Of a DNA stretch of 64,000 nt, positions 39,767 through 49,127 are shown in pieces. The DNA comes from an uncultured delta proteobacterium (lineage in GTDB: Bacteria; Desulfobacterota; Desulfobacteria; Desulfobacterales; Desulfosalsimonadaceae). The DNA is taken from NCBI GenBank assembly GCA_963826785.1, contig CAWGYD010000002.1:1-64000 (forward strand). Direction: 5' to 3'. The notes under the pieces are model-generated. The model had not been told where the DNA came from and did no database searches. It saw only the letters and a list, made by a program, of their open reading frames with translations. Every line of letters begins with the position of its first letter. Position 1 is the stretch's first letter. The position numbers and the translations under genes were made by a program.

Positions 39767-42388
39767 TCAGATCAAATCGAACACCTTCTCCAGGGCCTTG
39801 TCGAGATTTTCCGGCTTTGATCCGCCGGCCTGGGCCATGTCCGGCCGGCCGCCGCCGCCGCCGCCCACTTCGGCCGCCACCGACTTGATGATCTTGCCGG
39901 CATGGTATTTCTCCAGCAGGTCTTTGGTCACAATGACGATCAGCATCACCTTGTCGCCGGCTGCCGCCCCCAGGACTACGATCCCGGAGCCGATTTTATC
40001 CTTGAACCGATCGGCCAGATCCCGCAATGCAGCCGGCGAATCCGCTTCCACTTTTTTGGCAATCACCGAAATGCCGTTTACCGATCGGATCTCATCTTCC
40101 ACCCGGCCGGCCGACAAGGCGGCCATCTTGAGTTTCAGCCGGTCAAGTTCCTTCTCCAGTCCGCGCTGATGGGAAATCTGCGCCTCCACCCGTTTGCAAA
40201 CCGACTCGGGCCGGTCCTTCACCAGCGCGGCTGTTTCTTTTAGTATCCGGATCAACTGCTGGACATAAGCCAGAGCCTGCGCACCGGTGACCGCCTCGAT
40301 CCGGCGCACCCCTGAGGCCACGCTCGATTCGGAAACGATCTTGAAAAGGCCGATGTCGCCGCTGCGCCCGGTATGGGTCCCCCCGCACAGTTCACGGCTG
40401 ACGCTGCCCAATTCCACCACCCGGACCCGGTCCCCGTACTTTTCCTCGAACAGAGCCATGGCGCCGCTGCCCAGGGCCTCTTCTGCGGACATCTCCGTCA
40501 CCGCCACGGGCATGTTGTCCCGGATGCGTTCATTCACGATGGTTTCGATTTGGCCGAGATCGTCTTCCGTCACCTGGGAAAAATGCGTGAAGTCAAAACG
40601 AAGGCGATCGGGGGCCACATAGGAGCCGGACTGGCGGACATGATCGCCCAGCACGGATCTCAGGGCCGCATGCAGCAGATGCGTGGCCGTGTGATTCAAG
40701 GCCGTGGCCCTGCGCTTTTGACCGTCCACAGCCAGCACGGCCGGTTCCCCCGGGCGCACCGTCCCGGAAACCACTTTCCCCTTATGTATAATCAACCCGG
40801 TGGGATCCTTTACTGTCTCTTCGATCCGGATTTCAAAACCGGTTCCGGAAATGACGCCCGCATCCCCCACCTGTCCGCCGGACTCGCCGTAAAAGGGGGT
40901 GAGCGGAGTAATCACTTCCACTTCCTGGCCTTCGGCAGCACTGTCAACACTGCGGTTTTCCGTTACGATGAGATCGATGGTCGATTCGGCGCTCAGCCGG
41001 TCATAGCCCACAAACTCGGGAAGCTTCGAAACAGAGGCGGTGTAGTTGCGGTAGGCATCGCTCATGCCCGAAAACGAAATCACGGAGCGCGACATTTCCC
41101 GCCGCTCGTCCATGGCGGCATTGAACCCCTCCATGTCCAGGGACAGGTCCTGGTCCCGCACCACATCCCGGACGATATCCACCGGAAACCCGTAGGTGTC
41201 GTAAAGTTTGAAAATCACGTCGCCGGGGATGGTGGTCTGGCTTTTTCGTTCCAGTCCGGCAATGGTTTCGTTGAGCAGCTTCAATCCGTTGTCCAGTGTT
41301 TCGGAGAACCGCACTTCTTCGTTTTTGATGACATTGGTGATAAAGGCGCTGGCATCCTGAAGTTCGGGATAGCCCGATTTCATCACCTCAAACACCGTCT
41401 GAACGGTTTCGTGCAGAAAAGGGGCGGTCAGCGAGATATTTCGGCCGTAGCGGATCGCCCGGCGCAGGATGCGCCGCAGCACGTATCCCCGGCCCTCGTT
41501 TGAAGGCAGCACCCCGTCGCCCACCAGGAACGCCGCCGCCCGGCTGTGGTCCGCAATGACCTTCATGGCGATATCCGCATCGGGATTCTCGCCCTTTTTG
41601 TGGCCGGACAGCGCCTCGATTCTGGCGATGACGGGGACAAACAGATCGGTGTCATAATTGGTGGGCACATCCTGGAGGACGGCTGCAATGCGTTCCAGTC
41701 CCATACCGGTATCGATGCTGGGCCGGGGCAGCGGGTTCAAATTACCGGCCTCGTCCCGGTTGTACTGCATGAACACCAGATTCCAGATTTCCAGATACCG
41801 GTCGCAGTCGCACCCCGGGGCGCAATCGGGCCGTTCGCAGCCGTACGCGGCCCCCCGGTCGATGAGGATTTCGGAACAGGGGCCGCAGGGGCCGGTATCC
41901 CCCATGGACCAGAAGTTGTCTTTCTCTCCCAGCCGGACGATCCGCTCGGCCGGCATGCCGATGTGATCCTTCCAGAGGTTGTAGGCGTCATCGTCATCCA
42001 GATATACCGAAACCCACAGTTCTTTAGCCGGCAGCCCGAAATGGTTGACCAGCAGATCCCAGGAGTAGGAGATGGCTTCCTTCTTGAAATAATCGCCGAA
42101 GGAAAAATTCCCCAGCATTTCGAAGAAGGTATGGTGCCGGGCGGTATAGCCCACATTCTCCAGATCGTTGTGCTTGCCCCCGGCCCGCAGGCATTTCTGG
42201 CTTGTGGCGGCCCGGGTGTATTCTCGCTTTTCCTCCCCCAGGAAAACCCGCTTGAACTGGACCATTCCCGCATTGGTAAACAAAAGGGTCGGGTCATCAT
42301 GCGGGATCAGCGACGAACTCCTGGCAATCTGGTGGCCATTTTGCTTAAAATAATCGAAAAATTTCTTCCGTATCTCGTCTCCGGTCAT
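39767..42388 (-). CDS. alaS: Alanine--tRNA ligase
   Basis: DPTLLFTNAGM; RHHTFFEMLGNFSFGDYFK; NHTATH; ELCGGTH; GGGGRPDMAQAG. Confidence 0.99.
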   Translation of the reverse strand: MTGDEIRKKFFDYFKQNGHQIARSSSLIPHDDPTLLFTNAGMVQFKRVFLGEEKREYTRAATSQKCLRAGGKHNDLENVGYTARHHTFFEMLGNFSFGDYFKKEAISYSWDLLVNHFGLPAKELWVSVYLDDDDAYNLWKDHIGMPAERIVRLGEKDNFWSMGDTGPCGPCSEILIDRGAAYGCERPDCAPGCDCDRYLEIWNLVFMQYNRDEAGNLNPLPRPSIDTGMGLERIAAVLQDVPTNYDTDLFVPVIARIEALSGHKKGENPDADIAMKVIADHSRAAAFLVGDGVLPSNEGRGYVLRRILRRAIRYGRNISLTAPFLHETVQTVFEVMKSGYPELQDASAFITNVIKNEEVRFSETLDNGLKLLNETIAGLERKSQTTIPGDVIFKLYDTYGFPVDIVRDVVRDQDLSLDMEGFNAAMDERREMSRSVISFSGMSDAYRNYTASVSKLPEFVGYDRLSAESTIDLIVTENRSVDSAAEGQEVEVITPLTPFYGESGGQVGDAGVISGTGFEIRIEETVKDPTGLIIHKGKVVSGTVRPGEPAVLAVDGQKRRATALNHTATHLLHAALRSVLGDHVRQSGSYVAPDRLRFDFTHFSQVTEDDLGQIETIVNERIRDNMPVAVTEMSAEEALGSGAMALFEEKYGDRVRVVELGSVSRELCGGTHTGRSGDIGLFKIVSESSVASGVRRIEAVTGAQALAYVQQLIRILKETAALVKDRPESVCKRVEAQISHQRGLEKELDRLKLKMAALSAGRVEDEIRSVNGISVIAKKVEADSPAALRDLADRFKDKIGSGIVVLGAAAGDKVMLIVIVTKDLLEKYHAGKIIKSVAAEVGGGGGGRPDMAQAGGSKPENLDKALEKVFDLI

Positions 42389-42401
42389 CCATCCTCCGTC
42401 C

Positions 42402-43457
42402 TTAATTCTTCTCCGCTTTCTTTCCCGGAGCCGTCTCCGTTTTTTCGGCGGGGACTTCTTTTACCGACAATCCCACCGCCGCCCGGACCTTATCGCGCAC
42501 CTGGGCGTACAAGTCCGCGTGGTCTTTGAAGAAGGATTTGACATTCTCCCGACCCTGTCCAATCCGTTCGCCTTCATAGGAGTACCAGGATCCGCTCTTT
42601 TCGATAACGCCGGCCTCCACCCCCAGGTCCAGCAGATCGCCCTCGGCGGAAATGCCGTCGCCGTACATAATGTCAAATTCCGCCTCTTTGAACGGCGGAG
42701 CCATTTTATTTTTTACCACCTTGGCCCGGGTGCGGTTTCCGGTGATCTCCTGGCCATCCTTGATGGCCCCGGTACGGCGGATTTCCAACCGGACCGAAGC
42801 GTAAAATTTCAGTGCATTGCCGCCGGTGGTGGTTTCGGGATTGCCGAACACTACGCCGATCTTCATGCGGATCTGGTTGATAAATATGACCGAGGTCATG
42901 GTCTTGCTGATGGTGGCGGTGAGTTTCCGCAGGGCCTGGGACATGAGCCGGGCCTGCAGGCCCATGTGGGAGTCGCCCATTTCCCCTTCGATTTCAGCCC
43001 GGGGAACCAGCGCCGCCACGGAGTCGATTACCAGCACGTCGATGGCGCCGGATCTCACCAGCATATCCGCAATTTCCAGTGCCTGCTCACCGGTATCCGG
43101 CTGGGAAACCAGCAGTTCGTCACAGTTGACCCCCAGCCTTCGCGCATAGGAGGTGTCCAGGGCATGCTCGGCATCGATAAAGGCGGCAATGCCGCCCTGT
43201 TTCTGGGCTTCGGCCACCACATGCAGGGCAAGCGTTGTTTTCCCGGAAGATTCCGGCCCGTAGATTTCCGTCACCCGTCCCCGGGGAATGCCGCCGATGC
43301 CCAGCGCCTTGTCCAGGGCAATGGAACCCGTGGGAATCACCGGCACGCTCACGACCACATTCGCGCCCAGTTTCATGATGGATCCCTTGCCGAACTGTCT
43401 TTCGATCTGGGTGATGGCGGACTCGACCGCCTTTTCCTTTTCAGCGGTTCTGCTCAT
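42402..43457 (-). CDS. recA: Recombinase A
   Basis: [37 protein letters not shown]. Confidence 0.99.
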   Translation of the reverse strand: MSRTAEKEKAVESAITQIERQFGKGSIMKLGANVVVSVPVIPTGSIALDKALGIGGIPRGRVTEIYGPESSGKTTLALHVVAEAQKQGGIAAFIDAEHALDTSYARRLGVNCDELLVSQPDTGEQALEIADMLVRSGAIDVLVIDSVAALVPRAEIEGEMGDSHMGLQARLMSQALRKLTATISKTMTSVIFINQIRMKIGVVFGNPETTTGGNALKFYASVRLEIRRTGAIKDGQEITGNRTRAKVVKNKMAPPFKEAEFDIMYGDGISAEGDLLDLGVEAGVIEKSGSWYSYEGERIGQGRENVKSFFKDHADLYAQVRDKVRAAVGLSVKEVPAEKTETAPGKKAEKN

Positions 43458-43540
43458 TTTGGGCCTCCTGGAAAATTAAACATTAATATCTGCCTGCCCG
43501 CACATACGTATACGGCCATGCACCCATCCGCGCGCTGTCT

Positions 43541-44125
43541 TCACCTCTTCAGGGGCGCGGTAAACAATCGGGAGTGGACCGCACCGGAAGGCAGAAGATC
43601 GCTCTTATACAAGTGGACGGCTTCGACGACAAATGGATCGGATGCAAGCCCCGCATAGGCTTGAATCAGTTCGATGCACTGATCCGGACGGACTCTATCC
43701 TTGAAACGGCCCAGGGTCAGATGCCCGGTAAATTTCCGGTTTTCCCGCAAAAAACCCAGTTCGGCCAGACGGCTGTCCAGATCGGCATGAAAATCGGCCA
43801 GCTCGTCGGTCTGTCCATGGATACCGGTCCAGATCACGTTTGGCCGCCGCACGCCCGGAAATACGCCGACGCCTTTGACGGCCAGGGTCATCGGGGCGGC
43901 TGCCTCCGCGGCTGCCGTCATGGCCCGGCGGATCATCTCGACATCGGAGAGCGCCGCATCTCCTAAAAATTTCAGTGTCAGGTGCATGCTTTCGGGAAGC
44001 ACCCACCGGGCCCGGATTCGCCGGCGCTTGAGATCCTCCTGTATCCCGCACAGGATGCTTTTTAACGCATCGGGAACGGCAACGGCGATAAAGGCTCGAA
44101 TATGATCCGAATTGGGTGCGGCCAT
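43541..44125 (-). CDS. thpR: RNA 2',3'-cyclic phosphodiesterase (2H family)
   Basis: RAFIA; two HLTL motifs; upstream of recA. Confidence 0.93.
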   Translation of the reverse strand: MAAPNSDHIRAFIAVAVPDALKSILCGIQEDLKRRRIRARWVLPESMHLTLKFLGDAALSDVEMIRRAMTAAAEAAAPMTLAVKGVGVFPGVRRPNVIWTGIHGQTDELADFHADLDSRLAELGFLRENRKFTGHLTLGRFKDRVRPDQCIELIQAYAGLASDPFVVEAVHLYKSDLLPSGAVHSRLFTAPLKR

Positions 44126-44212
44126 GACAATTCCAACCCGTGTGCTGCGTCGTAGTTGGTTTTATATTCAGACAGCAGTTTGTGTCAAGGTAAACGTAAG
44201 GATATTTGGCGG

Positions 44213-45373
44213 CTATTTCCGCCCGGATTCCGCCTGACGGCTGACCCGCTCATAGATTTGGCGGATAGGCAGATTCTGCTGCCGTGCGATTTCAGCGCAG
44301 GTTTCGTATTCCGGCACCAGGCGCCAGCCGCCGCCGGGACCACGGATTTTTTTGACTGAAACGATTCCCCACTCGGTTTCAACAGTGATGATTTCCCGCT
44401 CCAGAATGCGCCGGTTCACTTCATGATGCCGGACCCCCAGGGTCGTGGTTTCGGAAAGTATCCGCCGGATCAGGGCTTCCTTCAGGTGCAGGGGAGAGAG
44501 GACCTGCACCAGGGTGGCGGGCCGGTTTTTCTTCATGAACACCGGCATGTAGCAGACATCCAACGCCCCATCCTCGAACAGGCGCTCCATCAGGAAACCA
44601 AAAATCTCCGGGTTCATGTCATCGATGCAGGTCTCGATCACGGACACCGTGTCCGCCGACAGCAGGGGCTCACCCAGGACGATGCGGAGCAGATTGGGCC
44701 GCTCTTTAAAATCTGCACTGCCCGACCCGTATCCGGTGTTCCGGATGACCATATCCGGCATGGGGCCGAAGTGGTCCGCCAGCGTTTTGATAATGGCCGC
44801 ACCCGTGGGGGTGACCATTTCACCGGCCACACCCGGATCGTATACCGGTACATCCTTGAGGATGGCCAGCGTGGCCGGCGCCGGCACGGGCAGACACCCG
44901 TGGGCGCATTGAACAAACCCGCTGCCCAGGGGGAGGCGCGAGGCGGATACGGATTCAATATTCAGGTGGTCCACGCACAGAGCAGTTCCCACGATGTCGA
45001 TGATGGCATCGATCCCCCCCAGTTCATGGAAATGGACCGTTTCTCTGGGGCGGTTATGGATGGCCCCTTCGGCTTCGGCCACCTTGTCGAACATGGAAAG
45101 GCTAAGAATTTTAGCCCTTTCCGGCAATGAAGAGGCCTCGATGAGCCGGACAATGTCGGCATAATTGCGCTCCGATTTGTCCAGCGATACCACCTCCACC
45201 TTTTTGGCGGAGATGCCATGCCGGGAAGTCTGCGAGACGGTCAGGTCGAAACCTTCCAGCAGATGGACCTTGAGTGTGCGGCGCAGCCAGTCCGGATCGA
45301 CGCCCGCATCGATGAACGCCCCCAGGGTCATGTCCCCGCTGATGCCGGAAAAACAGTCGAAATAGGCGATCAT
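44213..45373 (-). CDS. larC: Nickel-pincer cofactor biosynthesis protein LarC (DUF111)
   Basis: FDCFSGISGDM; VHFHE; HG.LPVPAPAT; TPTGAA; MKKNRP; ETTTLGVR; PEYE. Confidence 0.93.
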   Translation of the reverse strand: MIAYFDCFSGISGDMTLGAFIDAGVDPDWLRRTLKVHLLEGFDLTVSQTSRHGISAKKVEVVSLDKSERNYADIVRLIEASSLPERAKILSLSMFDKVAEAEGAIHNRPRETVHFHELGGIDAIIDIVGTALCVDHLNIESVSASRLPLGSGFVQCAHGCLPVPAPATLAILKDVPVYDPGVAGEMVTPTGAAIIKTLADHFGPMPDMVIRNTGYGSGSADFKERPNLLRIVLGEPLLSADTVSVIETCIDDMNPEIFGFLMERLFEDGALDVCYMPVFMKKNRPATLVQVLSPLHLKEALIRRILSETTTLGVRHHEVNRRILEREIITVETEWGIVSVKKIRGPGGGWRLVPEYETCAEIARQQNLPIRQIYERVSRQAESGRK

Positions 45374-46521
45374 ATGGCGCCGCCGGCTTTGTGGTGCATG
45401 GAAATGATCTCCAGCAGGAGATGGACTGTTTTTTCCATGTCCGCCAGGCGGATCGATTCACGGACGCTGTGGATGTCCTTCATGCCGGTTCCGATGACGC
45501 CGGTGATGATCCCCTTGCCGAAAAAGATGTTGGCATCCGCCCCCCCGCCGGTCTTCCGGGGAGTGATGGTTCTGCCCAGATTTTTCGCCGCTGACCGGGC
45601 CAACGAAACCACCGGATGGTCCTCCGGGATAAAAGTCCTGGGAAATTCGTGTTCGATGTCGGCTTCCACCCGGGGCAGATCCTCCGTGTGGTGCGCCCGC
45701 CTGAATTCCGCCGCCGCCTCTTCAAACGCGGACACGATGCCGGTGACTTCCTGCTCCAGTTTTTTATCGTTATGGCTGCGGGCCTCGCCCTGGATGCGGA
45801 CCAGATTGGGGACGATATTGGTGGCCCCGCGGGCCTCGATGACGCCGATATTGCTGGTGGTTTCATGGTCCACACGCCCCAGCCGCAACCCGGAGATGGC
45901 TTTTCCCGCCAGCCAGATGGCATTGATCCCTTTTTCCGGGTCTGCGCCCGCATGGGCGTCCTTGCCGTACATCCGGATTTCAAACCGCTTCGCCGATGGC
46001 GCCTGGACGATGATGCTTTCCGTATCCGCCGTATCCAGGGCATAGCCGTATTCAGCGGAAATCAGATCGAAATCCAGGTTTTTGGCACCCATCAAACCGA
46101 TTTCTTCGGCAACGGTAAACACGATTTCAAGCGGGCCGTGGGGAATGTTATTTTCATGGAGAATTCGCAGCGTCTCGACGATGATGGCAATTGCGCCCTT
46201 ATCATCGGCTCCCAGGACCGTGGTTCCGTCACTGGTGAATACGCCGTCTGCAAACACCGGTGTCACCCCCCTGCCCGGCTCAACCGTATCCATGTGGGCA
46301 TTGATGAGAAGCGGCTTGACCTTCGGGTCCCCCTTGATTTTTATGATCAGGTTGCCGGTATTCCCGTTGATCATAGACCCTGCCTGATCGATGAGGATGC
46401 GGTGGGCCATGGGCGCTGCCATCTGCTGAATTTCCCGTGAAATCTGGGCCTCTTCCCTGGAAACGCTGTCAATGGAGGCCAGCCGTTTAAACGTATCGAT
46501 GAGCCGTTGTTGGTTTAACAT
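45370..46521 (-). CDS. M20 metallopeptidase (peptidase T-like)
   Basis: AHMDTV; LGADDK; EEIGLMG; GGGADAN; IHS..E. Start moved to MLNQQ. Confidence 0.92.
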   Translation of the reverse strand: MLNQQRLIDTFKRLASIDSVSREEAQISREIQQMAAPMAHRILIDQAGSMINGNTGNLIIKIKGDPKVKPLLINAHMDTVEPGRGVTPVFADGVFTSDGTTVLGADDKGAIAIIVETLRILHENNIPHGPLEIVFTVAEEIGLMGAKNLDFDLISAEYGYALDTADTESIIVQAPSAKRFEIRMYGKDAHAGADPEKGINAIWLAGKAISGLRLGRVDHETTSNIGVIEARGATNIVPNLVRIQGEARSHNDKKLEQEVTGIVSAFEEAAAEFRRAHHTEDLPRVEADIEHEFPRTFIPEDHPVVSLARSAAKNLGRTITPRKTGGGADANIFFGKGIITGVIGTGMKDIHSVRESIRLADMEKTVHLLLEIISMHHKAGGAI

Positions 46522-46604
46522 ATCTTTACCGCCTGTGAGCCTGCTAAAAATCTGTTGACAAGAATCGAGCCGATTCATTACTTTAATAAATTAAGAATGC
46601 AAAT

Positions 46605-46702
46605 GGAAGTGCCAAGCTCACTGGTGGGGCTCCCGGACTTCAAATCCGGTGTAGGGCGTTAATACCGTCCTAGGTGGGTTCGATTCCCATGCACTTCCGC
46701 CA
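46605..46702 (+). tRNA. selC: tRNA-Sec (TCA anticodon)
   Basis: 8-bp acceptor GGAAGTGC/GCACTTCC, G discriminator plus CCA, CCGGA-CTTCAAA-TCCGG anticodon arm, long variable arm, 98 nt. Confidence 0.96.
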
Positions 46703-47031
46703 CTCTTTTCTAATAAAATCGATTGCTTACCTTTTTCAAAATCCCCAAAATAGGTTGACAAGACGTTGACAAGGTTTTTTTCTTATAAGCCCTCCCTTAA
46801 CTAAAAGCAAGGGGAGAACAATAAGCTTTTTCTTTATCATTTAATATATATCCCCTATTCCGGTTCAAGCCATTATGGAAGTCGCAGAAGAGATCATGTG
46901 CTCCGACGAGCTTCTGGGGACCCATTCTCGCACATGATGTCGTCCTGCTCAAGCTGTGCCGGATTTTAAATGATCATCTTTCCACATCCCTTCTCCCTTA
47001 AACCATTTTTATCTTGATTTTTTTTGATTTT

Positions 47032-47079
47032 TGGATAAAAATACCTATATTCAATAAAAACTATATGTATAATTATCCA
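47032..47079 (+). promoter_or_regulatory. Inverted-repeat operator overlapping the -10 box and start codon of abiEi
   Basis: TGGATAAAAATACCTATA / TATATGTATAATTATCCA (15 of 18 paired); TATAAT at 47068-47073. Confidence 0.7.
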
Positions 47080-47699
47080 TGAGAAAAAAGATCAGCAGTA
47101 AATCTCCCCAGGAAAAAGCACAACAGATCATCAAAAAAAGGGGGGGAATAATCCGGACAGCAGAGGCCATTAAATCCGGAATTCACCCGCGAACTCTCTA
47201 TGCGCTCCGCGATAATGGTATTCTGGATCAAATTTCGCGCGGGGTTTACCATCTTTCGGAACAGGCTCCGATATCCGATCCAGATCTTGTTACAGTGGCC
47301 TTGAGAATCCCCAGAGCGGTTATTTGTCTTGTTTCCGCACTGGCTTTCCATGGCATCACGACTCAGGTTCCGCACAAGGTTTACATTGCGCTTGAAAAAG
47401 GCGCTGAGTCACCGCGGATAGACCACCCGCCTCTGTCCATTCACCGATTTTCCAGGGAAAGTCTTTCTACAGGAATAGAAAAACATGAAATTAATGGCGT
47501 TGCGATCCGTGTCTACAGTCCTGAAAAAACACTGGCGGATTGTTTCAAATTCAGAAACAAAATCGGCATGGATATCGTTCTTGAAGCTCTGAAACTTTAT
47601 AAGGCAAGGAAGGAATTCAATATTGGAGAGATTTTACAGAATGCGCGTGTTTGCAAAGTAGAAAGGGTGATGAAACCTTATTTGGAGATGGTAATATAA
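47079..47699 (+). CDS. Type IV toxin-antitoxin AbiEi family antitoxin/transcriptional regulator
   Basis: N-terminal wHTH (GIHPRTLY..L...G.L.QISRGVY); ICLVSALAFHGITTQ.P; YSPEKTLADCFKFRNKIG. Confidence 0.88.
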   Translation: MRKKISSKSPQEKAQQIIKKRGGIIRTAEAIKSGIHPRTLYALRDNGILDQISRGVYHLSEQAPISDPDLVTVALRIPRAVICLVSALAFHGITTQVPHKVYIALEKGAESPRIDHPPLSIHRFSRESLSTGIEKHEINGVAIRVYSPEKTLADCFKFRNKIGMDIVLEALKLYKARKEFNIGEILQNARVCKVERVMKPYLEMVI

Positions 47700-47739
47700 A
47701 CCAAAAAATCCGTTTGTAATGGAAATAAATTCCGGCCAC

Positions 47740-47982
47740 TTAAGCTTCAGCAAATGGGTAGCCACCGGTCCCTGGGTTTAATTTAACAGGCCGTTTGAGC
47801 CGCCAGTCCGGGCCGAGGACCCGGATCACCTGGCCCATCCCGGCAATCCTTGAGGATATGCGTTTGTCGACGCGTTCCGCGATCTCGTCAAGGGAGAGGT
47901 TGGAGGTGAATATGATGGGCTTAAAGGCGTTGTCTCGTTCGTAAATGATGTAATTGAGGGTCTTTTTCACCCAATCCGTGTG
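47740..47982 (-). pseudogene. C-terminal fragment of an IstB/DnaC-like ATPase
   Basis: TDWVKKTL..II.ER....KP.IFTSNLS...I..R...RISSRIAGM......GPDWR; the Walker motifs are missing. Confidence 0.75.
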
Positions 47983-47988
47983 TTTTTC

Positions 47989-48666
47989 TCATTTCAGAAA
48001 GGACGATTGCCCGCTCCATTTCAGTTTTTCTGGCGGCAAAGCATCCGCCTTCAATATTTTGGCCTCATCGGTCCTGGGGTGATTACCGGAAAATGTGCGG
48101 ATAGCGGTGATAATGTCCTGCTTGTAGGGAAGATCATCAATCAGCGGATCAAGGACAATAAGCGTCTTTGCCCCTACCCCGCCGATAACCTCCGCGGTGG
48201 ACAACATCCCCAGGCAATGTCCCAGGCAGATAATGAGGACCTTGCCGACGATCATCTCATAGTCGCGGTGCGACTTTTTAATCATATCCATCGCGATCCG
48301 CGCCGCGCGGATTGAGTGCTCCCGCAAAGAAATCCCGGATAAAGCCTCTTCTTCATCCGAATTATCACAACAGGAGGGGCAATCCCCTCGTTCATCCAGC
48401 AGGGTCGTTATCTGATCAATGACCGGTTTTACCGGACCGAGTGCGCCAATGTGAGGCGCCACACATTGGGCATAAAACCGGCGGATCTCTTCATGCAAGT
48501 TATGTAGCGACTCAGGCAAGCCCCGATTGATCCGAGGATAACTGAATTGCCATAAAGAAGAATTCGTCGGTTTGCTTTGGCCATAAGTCAAAAAGCTTTT
48601 TTGATCTGGCGCCAGCATGTATTTTGGGCCGTTCAGCAAGTGAACGCACCTGCCTGATTCTTTCAA
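47989..48666 (-). pseudogene. Degenerate HD-domain protein of the type seen on conjugative/integrative elements
   Basis: LLDERGDCPS...LREHS...LGHCLG (HD degraded to HC); apparent frameshift near 48040 (alternative frame AARKTEME). Confidence 0.5.
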
Positions 48667-48747
48667 TACTTCATAATGGGATATAACGGTGGCGACAGAA
48701 GAATAATTCCTTTATATATTTAGAGGAGTGGAAAGATTGGAGGGATT

Positions 48748-48909
48748 ATGATCAAGGTTCATATAGACGCGACCATTAGTCGGCCGATTGAAGTGGTTTT
48801 TGAGCAATTAATCGATATTTCGCGATATCCTGAGTGGATGCCGGATAATGGTCTGTTCGTCTCATGTACCAAGGTTTCACAATCCGCTATTTTAAACATT
48901 TACTATTGA
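48748..48909 (+). pseudogene. 5' remnant of an SRPBCC/polyketide-cyclase family gene (53 aa)
   Basis: SD GGAGG; MIKVHIDATISRPIEVVFEQLIDISRYPEWMP, then runs into AT-rich DNA. Confidence 0.6.
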
Positions 48910-49127
48910 ATGCTTTCTTGATATTTTTTTTAAACATCCGGAAACTTCCCGCTTAAGCGCGTATACACTAAAATTTAAAAATAGATATTCTGAAACTGTC
49001 TGCGGGATTATTAATTTTTGTCGATTACAAATCGTTAAATTATTTTTCATGACTATTTCAAATGTCCGGGAAATTTTATTTTTTCCACGAAAGTATTGCG
49101 GATTATTTATCATGAAGGTGGCCGTAT

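Noticed and set aside
43458..43540. LexA box upstream of recA
   Set aside because: Only a short CGTATACG palindrome; no SOS-box consensus I can match.
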